Assembly (NCBI GenBank): GCA_002633005.1
Contig: NMRA01000045.1
Span: 167,456-231,455 of the forward strand
DNA length: 64,000 bases
Direction: 5' to 3'
From: Phoronis australis
Lineage: Eukaryota; Animalia; Phoronida
Below, piece by piece: positions 51,901 to 64,000 of the stretch (position 1 is the stretch's first letter; every line of letters starts with the position of its first letter). Below the pieces are notes generated by a model, which saw only the letters and a list, made by a program, of their open reading frames with translations, made no database searches and was not told where the DNA came from. A program made the translations under genes and the position numbers.

Positions 51901-52398
51901 TCTGGTTTATCAGCTGTGAGTCACAGCAGAGCATGCATAAACAATTGCACAAAGTTATGTTTCCCTCTCCGGATGGGCAATGATCTCTCATGACTTATCA
52001 TTTACAAACTACTATGACAGCTTGGCCGTCATGACAAGAAAATCCGCTTGAAATCACTTGTCACACCTGGTAATTCCAGGTCATTTTGTCAGATTTTCTT
52101 TGGCATTTACTGTATGTTTGAGTGCCATATCTGATCTCTGGCTGTACTGTTTGCAGAGTGCACATCTTGAGAATTAAAACTTTGTCCACATTGTTTAAAA
52201 AGTTCATGCATGCCATTGTGAGATCCAGATAGATTATTATTCTGAGTCAAATCACCAAGCTTTCCCTCCACCTTGATTTGTTTCTCTTCCTGGGCGTTTC
52301 TGATATTAACTCAATGGGTTACACAGAATACCCACCTGCTGTTACCTATTATTCCCTAACATGATATGGAACTGCAATGAGATAATACCGAGAACCAG

Positions 52399-55300
52399 TC
52401 ACTTGAGACGTTGAGTCACATTCGCCAGAGCCACAGCGAACGCTTGTATTCCCGAAAATGGATACTGAAAATCCAGCGTGTACTTGTTCAGATCGATTCT
52501 TCCAAACTGCATAACCTAGATGACAGAGAGAGGATGCGATCAGAAACACCAGACGGACTGGACATGAACAGTTGTACATTAATTGTTCCAAAATGTAAAA
52601 ATGTAGTACACAGGCATACACCAAGTTGACAGTTTAAGGTTTTATTCATAAGAAAGCGATACGTAATAATACAGTAAATTCTCCAGCTATGGACATTCTC
52701 TAAAAATTCTTAGTTGAAAATTAATTTTCTTGATTCTGAGGATTGGGACATGGGCACATTTGGCGTTCAAAGCATTTCAAAAACATTGACCACTATGTCT
52801 TGCATCAACATAGTATGAAAACAGACGTGGCACTTCGTAAAATTGTTGAAAATAGTTGCCTACACAATGTTTTCATGCATCCCCACAGTGAATAACATCA
52901 AGGTGAATGGTCATTTGTTGCTGATCCTAGTTCTTTATTTTCGGATGGCCAATATTGCCTAGTTCTAAAATTTGGAACAAGCTCTGACCTTGAACAAAAT
53001 AGTTAACTTTTCACTGTCCTAAACTGGAAAGTTTTTACCGTACACGGTCATCTGCACTGCTTACTAGAGGGAAGATATTTATTGATTGAAGGGATATCAA
53101 GCTTGGCGTATTATTGACTTATGAATAGCAATTGTACAGCAACAATTAAAAATTCAGCACAGCGGGCAGATTTAAAACAACTATAAATCCGACTCCTTTC
53201 CCACAAAAACAACAACGTGATGTATGAATGACAAGTTAATTCTGTAACATTTGATAGAATTGATAATCCTGGTAAATGTGTGTCCTAATGCAACACACCT
53301 TCCATCAAAAAGTAAGTTTTCAATCTCAGCTTGGTAATTACTCAAAACTGAAGATGATTTCTGGGCCCAGAGTCTAATTTCCTAACCCAGAGTTGACTCG
53401 GACCCAAAATTCATCCAATCACGCTGCAAATTTACTCGAAGCGTGACATGTAATTGGTGAAATTTCGAATAGAGCTTTGAATACAGAGATTAACCCACAG
53501 ACCCTGGTATTGGAAAGAACAGGCAGTTCCTTATTGGTTGAGAGCAGGCACAAAGTGGAAAGTCATGATCTCAAACATTAACCAACTATCAGCTCTTTCT
53601 AAGCTCAGAAGTCACTTTGTATCTTAGCAAGGTGCAAGTTGAGGCAGCTTTGCAATGGAAAGCGGCGTAGATTAAAGTTACTTTTTTGACCAAGCACAGG
53701 TTTATAGTAGCTTAAAGTTCTGGCTCACAACAGTCACTGTGTGTAGTACACCCTGTCATTTACAACCAGTAATAATACATGCTACTGATAATACCTGTTT
53801 TCCTCTAAACTCTATCTGGAAGTTCTTGGCAGATTCTTGAGTGACCCGTCCGCCAAAGTCCAACTGATATACCTGACTGTTCTCATTCCACAAGGGGGCC
53901 TTGTTGTGCATGATGAACTGTCGTCGAGCCACCACCCTCTCTCCATCAGACTTGCTGCGGCCTTTGCGCATCTACAGGCAAAGTTTCAAGGTAGAATATT
54001 CGACCACACATTGTGATAAATGTAACAATAGTCTACAAACTAGTTGAGATCTAAATACCATTGATGTCATATGTGTATTGGATTGTGGGAAATGGTTCTT
54101 TTGGAGCACGTGGAGCCGATGGAAGATGCCCTACAAATCCCTACCAATTGATGCACAAACAACAGTTTTATTGGTCTGTGAAGATCAATTTTCATGTATT
54201 CCAAGGTTAACATTTATACACAGTGCATAAAAATATCCCATCAAAAAGAGTTCAGAGTTACTATCAATGCACGCCATAAAATTGTCTGTTTCTGACCATG
54301 CATCTTGTTACCTTGGGCCTAAGCTTCAGCTTGGAATGCAGGTTAACATGGGTTTGAAATTATCATTTTTCTGAATCACCAAGTTATCACTATGATAAGA
54401 TGTCTATTAACCATACGATACAACAGAATGAGTGTCTTTAGGTAGCAGGAGGGAATCACTGCCTTTGTAAAATGCAGTAAAAAATTTCTACCTTCATACA
54501 TATTTAGTCATTTTGTTAACAAACTAATTTGTTCACAATCTGACCAACAGCAGGCATTGTAGTCAGACTACAGCGCCATCTTGTGGTTAGACATAGAATC
54601 TCCTCTAGTAACTGGCAAGGCAATGTGGATGCCTTGGCTACAGTATTAAAACTTTCACTGTGCAATGAGCTTTGCCAGTAAACAGAACATTTAAGGTTAT
54701 GTAGGACCTTTTCAACAAGGCTGTGCACTCGGCCAAATATTCACAAAACCATAGAATTTAACCCAAGAAAAGTATAGATTTTCTATAGCAGAATTGAATT
54801 GTTAACTTAACACATATCTGTCGATAATGTCACGTGATCCAGTATTTTAGGAAAATTTAGTAAAAAAGAAAGGTACAACAGAACAATGGTATCAACAACT
54901 TGATGACCAAATTTTGTTAGATTAATATGTTGAAGAGGAAATCTCAAAAAGGGCTGTTACATGCTTCTAAATTATCCTTTTCCTTTTTTTGATCAAAATC
55001 ACTTATTAAGTCCAATTTTTGACAACCCCTCATGTAATAAAGAATCAATTTCACAGCAATTCCTAACAACACAGTGCAAGCTGAAGTTTCATATGAGTCC
55101 GATCAGCCATTTCTGTGATATTTGGACTTTTTTCAAGGGCACTACACTATCATAAGGGGAGTTTTTTGCAATACCTTCTGTTTCAGTTGAGCCTTCTGGA
55201 ATGATTCTAGATCTCTGTAGCTGTAACTTGTTGTCATCTCATCTCCTGTCAGCAGGATCTCATCATCCGAACTCTCGATGCTCGGAGATGATTTATTCAG

Positions 55301-58300
55301 TTGCCGTTCTCGTGAGGAGCTTCTCAGTTTCAAAGTCTCCCTTCTTGTAGGTGTCGAAGGCGAAGAAGAGCCATTAGATGTACCGTCCCCTTCCACCAGA
55401 CCTTGGCTTACCACTGACGAGATTATCTCCGTAGCGCCAACCGATCCTTGCTTTACAAATTTTGAGTTTTTTAGATTCTTGTTCTGCAGCTCCGTGATTG
55501 GTTTAAACCCATTCGAGTTGGCATTCTCTTTGACATAGCTGACAATATCGTCAGATTTCTTATCCTGTGTTAATTTTTTTACTTCCTCATCTTCCACACA
55601 GATTTCGACAGAACACGCAGGTTTCTCAGTCTCGACACAGTTAGTTGTTGAAATGCCATTGAGCAATCCGTCACAAAGTTTCTCCACTTCAACGTCATCT
55701 TCACTGTCGTCGTCAATATATTTGAGGTTTCTGTGAAAGTCACTTTTCATATTATGTAAATCGTTGCACAACTTATTGCCCAAGTCAGCCCCAACAATGG
55801 GCCAGTAGTCGGAGCGACAGAGAGAACACAACGTGGCATTCTCTTTGTTATTGCATCTCTTGCAAGCGCTTCTATTGCGAGTGTCATCCTTGGTTCGAGA
55901 CTGCAAACGAACCTTGCGATCCATCGAATTAGAGCTTGGCGGAGGCTGACCTCCGACAGACTGGACATTCACCATCTTCGGTATTGCGCCTTGGCTTTCG
56001 CTCAAAAAATCGTGCAAAGGAGACACATTGCATTCACCACATACCTCTGCCATTGTACCACAACAACAGTCAGATTCATGTGTTCCTTTATCACCTGTTA
56101 ATGTTTCTTCTAATTTATTGCACTGTACAGAATGGTTATCACAGTTTATCAAAAGCTCAGTAGATGCAGAGGCACCTTGAGTGACGTATAAGTCCTGGTG
56201 CAACTTGTCAGTGAAGTCGTCTGAATGCGCGAATTGAGCGTGAGTGATGGTTGCCTCGGGAACGATAACAAAATCCCCATCAACTCCTGACACAAGACCC
56301 GCCTCGGCAACAGGAGAAAGAACTGTAAAGGTCACATACATAAATTAAATTCAAAAGAAATGAACTTTATTGTAACAAAAATTTGTGCACTAACATTATG
56401 CCAAATCAGGTATTGTGCCCCAGCAATATTGTGTTAAAAATAATTCGGGGAGTTCACCTACCATGTTGCTGTTGTTTTTCAAATGCATTGTGGGATGGCT
56501 TTCCGCTCATAAGCATCCAGTGACATCATCGGAAACTTGGTGACAAGCAGACAATATGATGAAAAGTAACACTTGTCACTTGAGCGCACAATAATAGAAA
56601 GCAAGGGTCGACAGCGCCATGCTGTTTGGTACGAGTACAACTAAGCAACCGCCATACAGAAACTAAGTGAGCCTCAACATGCATCGATTTAAAATTTGGA
56701 TTAGCAAATCTTTTGTGCAAAATATTCTCGAGGCACACACAATCAGATCACACAACCTAAGGTACAAATTACACATCACATGGCACATTACCAAGTTATG
56801 CGTGATGTCACTGGATATTTACGATCTGACAAAAATCCCAAAATGCACCTGAAAAATGACAGAAGCATCGTCGATGAAATCCTCCCGAAATGAAAGCTAA
56901 AATTTAAGATTTAAGCCCAAAATGAAATTCAATAATTTTCTAAGAAAGAATGAAATATTCACACTGCCTAATGATTAACTAGTTATCAGTAATTGACACA
57001 AAATTAATATCAGGAAAGGACGGAATCGACACTCAAGTCAGGTCTCACTTGAACACAATACAAACATGGCACATAAACAAGATTTTCATGTGTGAAATTT
57101 TGATTAGAAAGTCAAAAAAGCCAAAAAACTGACAATACAATTCTGCCAGTATAGAAATTCTTGAAACTTGGTCTTGAAGTACAGAGCTCGGACCATCAGA
57201 AGACCATGTGACCAAAACTTAATTCATAAATTTCAGATTTAAAAACACAAAAGTCGACGATTCCAATATTTACAGTAAAGTCTACATTCGTAAATGCAGG
57301 GATATACCACTCCTTTATGACCATCCTCCTATGACAATTAATGACAGTTCCCATCGGGTCAAAAGCGATCTAACACACCTTCTTCTTCCTCCTCACTACA
57401 CAATGAGCTTTGAGATTCGTTGCTATTGTAACTATTCTGGCCGTTGATCTCTGTGATGGCTAGCGACATCTGACGAGGCTGTAGGTGAAGCAGGCTGGAC
57501 TTGTAGACCACCTGACCAAGGTCCCGTGGCAGGCATGGGGCACAGCCCACGATGCGGAACTTTGTGCCCCATATATTGGACGAAACTTCAACAATTTTCT
57601 TTTTCTGTCAAAAACAAGGAAATAAATGGTGCACACATGTGGGGAGAAATTTAAAGTATAGTTTTGCAGACAGATTCACATAAGGTTATGTAGAACGTTT
57701 TTGATTTATTGACAAGTCTCTACATTTAGCCAAATATCTACACTATAGAATTTAACAACTCATGAGTAAGCAAACTTCGCAGAATTTGATTTTTTACTTT
57801 ATACCAATCTGCCACTAACTAGGTCATGTGACCTTGCTTTTTAATTTTAGCAAAAAAAGAATAGGTACATTCATACCAAAACAACAGGATCAATAATACA
57901 GCAACAATCCCTAAAAGAGAAATTGGAGAAAGGTGTTTATAGTATCTGTGCATCTGCTCAGCCATTTCTGAGATACAATATTCTGAAGTTGGCCAAAATT
58001 GAAAATGTTTCTAGGGTCCTACAAAACCTTACAGGGAAAGAGACTACTTTTGATGTTACCTAAATGTAAACACCTGGTTATCTTGGAGAGATATAGTTCT
58101 GCTATAATTACTGGTCCCCTGACGTGTACAGAAAAATGCAAAGTGGCATAAATGGTCCAGCTGAAAGCCCAGCATCTTGGTTCTGCATCCATTTCCATTG
58201 AGCAAACACAAATGAGTGACAAAATAGTGAGCAAGACATTCAATTTGTTCAATGTAATATTGAGTATAGAATTGAGATGCGGGCCTTTTGATGGGCTGTC

Positions 58301-61300
58301 CAAGGTATATTCTATTATTCCATGGAATGTTTGTCATGGAAACAGTTATTAACATGGGTTAACCAAATATTTCTATTAAACGTAAATCAGAAATAATGCG
58401 TTCCCCTTTAAAAGTGCAATGGTCTCGACATATTCCTTACACAGATTGGAAGAAGTGACAGTCAGTAAATGCAGGAAATCAGGCTTAATAAGAGCCAGTA
58501 GCGCTCATCTTCTGCGATAAACATTGAAGCCATTTCCTTGAATGTTCATTTCCAGAAGGCCACTCTGTCGTCTGAGTAAGAATAAGAGAGACGCATAACA
58601 GAGGTCACACTACTACAGTTTCATAGTAAAAGCGGGGAAACCTGACACCGTAAGTTGATTATCTTCCACAGAAGGGGACAACTGTAAAACCTACTAACGT
58701 CCCTCTGAAATATTCGTAATTAGTCATATACATGGAGCTGGTTGAACCCTAATCACCAGCTAACACTGATATGCACTTAATGACCCCTCTCCTGCACCTC
58801 TGCCAGTGATCTACCGTTCAACTATTCTCACATACAAGTCAAAAGAAGTTTCTGCCAAGCACTCAATTCACGACAGACGATCAGTTTATTTCAGATGAAA
58901 AATTCTAGCTAAACCCCTACACACGACTTACTTCAGGAAGTCCATCTACAGGAAGCCCAGCGCCCTCCATGTGCCGACAGGTCAGCTCTTTCTCGAGTCT
59001 CTCTAATCTTTTCCGCCGCTTCTCCTTCTGCCTCCGCTGTGACTTCGGCGAGCCACAGCCAATGTCAACGGTGTCAGTGTCACTGTCGAAACTACTCAGT
59101 TCACTGCTACTCCTATTGGCGTCTTCGGAATCTGTGTATTCAAAAAGATTGCGACAACTTTTCAGATAACGAATACAAGAAAAAGATTATTCGTGTGATG
59201 TCAATGCCTAAAATTTTTTGATCGTTGACTCAGCATGAAAATCAAAATTAAAAACACTGATAAAATTTAAAGGTGAGTACCAATAAGACATTCTGGTTCA
59301 AAATACAGAGCTTTCATCACAACTTAGCAAGCTGCACCATATTACGCAAAACTACAAGTGAGAACCATTCACCTTGAATAATGTTTTGAGACGAGACTGG
59401 GTCGAAAATAACAAACTCCGGTCGCAGTTTGCTTGACTTGCGAGCCTTCAACAGGGGGAAGAGACCTCCCATGTGTTCTAGATAAAGAGTCCAGAAGTCA
59501 CCACTGTCCCCGCTGTCATGCTTTATCATGGTGCAGTAATACCTGTCACCACCAATAGGTGGCATGGTGACAAAGTCCAAGAGTTTTGACTGAACTGGAA
59601 CTACTCCCTGAAACATGAAGCCATTTTTTAACTACGTCCAGTCAATTTCTAACAAATGTTTCAAAACCAGAAACAGTACAGTTCAGTATCTGAATACCTA
59701 CCGTATTCGTCCTAATAAGCTCCCCCCACGTGTTTTCAGACTTTGCTAAAATAAGCACCCAGTCCATGAATGTGTACGTGCAAAAAATACCTTACCTACA
59801 GTCCTGAAATTCTACAGTAATATCTCATTTATCAATAATATCCGACAGACCTGAAAAAAATCTTTGTGCGCGGAACTTGTAGACCACGAGCCTTGCCGCT
59901 ATGTCAGAATTTAGCCGTGACTATACACTTCAAACTTCTGCTGTGCCTCAAAAAAATGCAAAAGTTTTGCTGATCTTGCGAGGAATGTGTCGTACTTGTC
60001 AACGGGACTGTATTGTAGATATTTCCTTCCCTCAACAGGAATCCAAATTTCTTTGTACACGCGAAAACTGCAAACCGAAGACTAAGAAAAAACTTGACCA
60101 GTGTTAAAAGCACATGGCCAGGAAGCGCGCGCTACATACATGTACCGCCTGTCATCAAAGAGACATTAGTCGGGAAATATCCATTCATGAAACGGGCAGA
60201 ATTGCGTCAGCAAGAAATAAATCTTGGCACCAATTTCCGACAGTTTCTAATACCATAAAAAATTTTGCATAATTTTTAAGAGGGATTGTTTGATAAATCA
60301 TAATTGGTGTTTTTAAATCCAAATATCTGACAAAATGATTACTGACAGTGAATATTTACACACCCTTACACCGAAAAATAACTGTCAGACAGTCACGTAC
60401 GCATCCAGCCATACGGCAACTAATATGGGCCTTACTGAGACAATTGTCGAACATTTTTTAGCAGATGAGACCGACAAGTGCTGAATGACACACGTTCTGC
60501 TTGTGTACAATGCACATGTTGCTCGTTACATTGCGTTTACTCTGGCAAATGAACTCTGGTGACACGCATGCGCTCGCTTACTCACACACGCAGACGAACT
60601 TCAAAACAAATGTCCCGTGACAACAACATGTCCAGAGATTTTTTTTCTCATGTTACCGGGTAGGTCTACGATCATAGACGGCACGATCTAGCACAGATTT
60701 GAACTTAACCTGTCATTAATCACGACTTTACGGGAACTTAAAAATCTTAGGAATGCTATTTGGAAAACTTTAGGAGGATTTCAGGTAATTGGCACGAGTT
60801 GAAACGGTATTTTTATTCAAGCATTCAAGTTGCCATAACGACGATTGCGAGGCAGTCAATTGGCGAGTTTTCTCCCTGGGATTTATGCACAATTTTCTGT
60901 AAAATGATTGTAATTTAACAACAAAGTTTGATACCAATGCACCACAGTTTTGTAGAAAGTTTGTCATAGGTTACAGATACGTCACAGAGTGTAAATATGA
61001 TGAATCTTAGCTTCCCATTTCACCCGTTTCGGAGTCCGGGTTTCAACCGCCTTTGGTTACAATAAGTGCCCCCCTGAAACAAATTTTTCCAAGCGCCCTG
61101 GGCGGTTATTAGGGCAAATACGGTAATTCAATTTACTCTAAAAAAACTCTGAAAAGGTTTCTTCACACCAGAAGGTTAAGTAACCTGAGGATACACAGTT
61201 ACCAACGATGCCATCTCTAGTTCAACTTATTCTAAAAATATTCAAAAAGTATTTGCGATTTTGCTGTGCCATACATAAAAAAAACAATATTAACAGCTTT

Positions 61301-61740
61301 GGATAAGTAGATCGTTATGACAGGACAAGAGACCAATCAAGAAACAAAGTAGTTTCCAAAAATAAATGATAATCCTCGTGTGCTTTTTGCCAGAACCAAA
61401 GGAATTTTGACAACTCGCCAACTTCTTTTGCACCACTACACACAAGCACCAGACAGTCTAAGTCATTTTCTACTGTTCTACATAATCACCACAAACGTAT
61501 AATTTTACACACCTGCACTGTGGCTTCAAAGGTTTCCCTCACATATTGTCGTACTTTGAGCGGTAACGGTAGTTTCTGTAGACTACACTCCTCCCTCAGA
61601 CATGACTTGAGGGCGTCACGACATATCATCTGGAGAGAAGGCACGTTCTTGGTCACCCAAGCGGCATAGATACAGTTTCCTGCACTTATGAATAGCCGAC
61701 GGTCACTGTGGCCCCAGGTTAAGGCTGTGAGTGGTTTGGT
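52399..61740 (-). CDS. TULP4: Tubby-related protein 4, last seven coding exons (5' part lies beyond the window)
   Basis: Exons 61740-61513 (WD40 end + SOCS box [13 protein letters not shown]), 59607-59373, 59131-58932, 57604-57379 ([21 protein letters not shown]), 56322-55175, 53971-53795 ([32 protein letters not shown]), 52515-52399 ([33 protein letters not shown]); all GT-AG and phase-consistent. Confidence 0.95.
54693..55153. mobile_element. Dispersed MITE-like repeat (Kolobok-like ends) in a TULP4 intron
   Basis: Starts TTAAGGTTATGTAGGACC; shares CCAAATAT, CATAGAATTTAAC, TCAGCCATTTCTG blocks with 57683-58029. Confidence 0.55.
57683..58029. mobile_element. MITE of the same family as 54693-55153
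   Basis: Inverted ends AAGGTTATGTAGAAC / GGTCCTACAAAACCTT. Confidence 0.6.
59701..61123. mobile_element. Non-autonomous Tc1/mariner (pogo-like) element in a TULP4 intron
   Basis: TIRs CCGTATTCGTCCTAATAAG / GTTATTAGGGCAAATACGG, TA on both sides; no transposase ORF. Confidence 0.75.
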
Positions 61741-62282
61741 CTGAAGAAAACAAAGATCTTGTATGTGCAACACTCGATGTGTAGGGGACTGTGGCAAAAT
61801 CAAAAAATGTGCATATCTTTTTGGTTTCACAATTTGGATTTGAAGGCTCACCAATTAGAAACATACTGGGGCTAAGTCATCTTGAGAAAAATGATGTCTG
61901 TGAAAATTTTCTCGAAATGAGAAGAAAAATTAATGGTTATGTGTAAGACAAGAAAATTAAAAACGCTTGTTCAAATGCTACTTTTTTCTTACAAGTTTCA
62001 GAATCATGACAAAAAAAGAAATCATCCCAAATCAAGTAATTTTTATCGTTACTTTAAAAAGACCAAAATAGAAGAATAAGTCCACTTCCACACAAAAGTA
62101 AAGTGATATAATAATGCTTCTATCACAGGTCTCTTTTATTCCAAGCCACACTCGTATTCTGTTGAAATCAGTAAAGCACGAACAGCTGGAAAAAAGTGTT
62201 GAAATTGCCGCATTGGTCTCAAACTGATTGTTATTACTATAATTCTAATTATTGCTGTTAGGTTATCACAAAACCTTTTAAG

Positions 62283-62415
62283 TCAGTTCCGCAAGCCACC
62301 TATTGGCCACATCACGTGACCTAATGAACAATAGTCTGAAAAGATTTCTGCCCCGACTGGGACTCCAGCCCGGGACCTTCTGCTAACCATGCAGACACTC
62401 TAATCTACTGAGCCA
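62283..62415 (-). mobile_element. tRNA-derived SINE
   Basis: TGGCTCAGTAGATTAG (A box), GGGCTGGAGTCCC (degenerate B box), followed by non-tRNA body shared with 46935-47072. Confidence 0.6.
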
Positions 62416-64000
62416 TGTATTATGTTGTTATGTTATGTGGCTAACTTCATAACGTCATCTTCTCCAAAACGCTGTAACAGTTGGGAAATATTTGCAAAAT
62501 GTTTCACTTTTGCACGAGGGATTATAAAAAACAGGGCTTTCATGATCTTTATGAATATAAGAGAAAAAGTCCACCTCCACATAAAAATAAAGAGATATTT
62601 AATGCTTCTATCGCAGGCAGCTTTTATCGACCAACTCAAAAATTGCATAAAAATGGAATATTTTAGAAAACTGTCACCACATTTTTGATATTTCCTTTTA
62701 AATATATACATCAAAAGTAAATTTGATCATTTTATTGCTATGAATGTACCTTTCCTTTTTGGTACATGTTAACACAAAAACATTGGTCACACAAAACTAA
62801 TGCCAAATTGGTATAAATTCAATAATCAAATTCTACAGGCTTTCTACATTCAGAAAATGTGTGTATGAAACATTTTTTTATTCAGTCTATAATTCTGCCG
62901 ATATTTGTCTAAATGCACAGGCTTTTCACCAAGTTGTTCCGTAACCTTTAGATAATAGTATTTGTATCATTCACCACAAAACTAAAGTGTCTCTCAATTT
63001 GTATTGGACGCTCATTCATGCACAGCTCAAATATGGTCAGTCTGTCACATGGTCGAAGATAATAACATTACACTAAGCCACACAGAAGGCACATTTGTAT
63101 CTGAATCCAGTAAACATCCTTCATCCGGACAATTTCTAGCATGTGACTTTGAAGTATTTCCACACTAAGCTGTATTATGACAAGAGTTCTTCACGGATAT
63201 TAACTAAACGTTTTAAGAAATCCTGCAATAGCAGAAACAAAGAAACAACTTTTTAACTTTCAGTTCTATTTTGCTATCTGGAAAGTTTACATGTAAAGTC
63301 ACCTTGTGACTGAAATACGTGTTTCCGTTCACACAGGGATACTAGCTTGCAATTGCCGCCATGTTTTCATGAGAGTACAAAACATACACATCAACCGATT
63401 CTCCTACCAAAAAGCGCAGTACAGAAATGATAAGTTTTTAATATTTGGTTCTCATGACGTGTCCAATGACATCAATCAATCACTCTCAAGTGAAGTTGCC
63501 AAGAATCTCAATAGTAGCTTATCTCTATATCAACGTACAGTTCACATGTAACTGCAATTCATATCACTTTGTGATGAATAGAGCTTTTTCTCACCGACAT
63601 TTTATGTGTTACTACTTGGAAAACCCAGCAGATGCTGGCGAAATGTTGCCCTTTCATCTCATTGACAAGTAAGTTCATAATTTTCTGCATAGTGTATATG
63701 TGTATAAGTATATGTATTACAACTGTTTTGTGTTGTTTCTACAATAATTCAATGTGTAATGGTTACCAGTTGCCCAGACATAATGTTATGGTAATTCCAC
63801 TTCAGGGTAGTAACGCTATTCATTGTATTAACCTTAAACTATTCTCGTGAAATAAACTTAAAAAAGTACGAAAATGCCAATACCTTTGTAGATAAGAACA
63901 TAAATTATACGTTTACATCCACGTTAGGAAAGAACCTGGACATTTCCGTCAACGAAATAGCCTGATATAGCAGTTGCTGCTTCACCGTATACGTGAAAAA

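Noticed and set aside
63884-64000. Possible further TULP4 exon at the window edge
   Set aside because: The required frame contains a stop and the peptide does not resemble the WD40 region.

Overview
AT-rich, repeat-laden animal genomic DNA with spliceosomal introns, most likely a marine invertebrate (inference from gene set and transposon families). No prokaryotic systems, CRISPR arrays, rRNA genes or bona fide tRNA genes were seen. Four host genes are supported: a PHYHIP-like paralogue (- strand, probably 2 coding exons), a C2H2 zinc-finger gene (+), a complete 8-exon neutral sphingomyelinase SMPD2/nSMase1 (+, 414 aa by my splicing model) and the 3' seven coding exons of TULP4 (-). The first 8 kb hold a decayed, partly inverted tandem array homologous to the low-complexity tail of the PHYHIP-like protein. 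Mobile DNA includes an Academ-like remnant, a Gmr1-type Gypsy relic (integrase upstream of RT), L1/Tx1 and CR1/L2-like LINE fragments, a nested stack (hAT-like MITE > Kolobok > P-like element and MITEs) with readable TIRs, TSDs and an empty-site copy, several MITEs and tRNA-derived SINEs. Two tandem duplications split by a single N look like haplotype assembly artefacts. All calls come from reading the sequence by eye; no searches were run.
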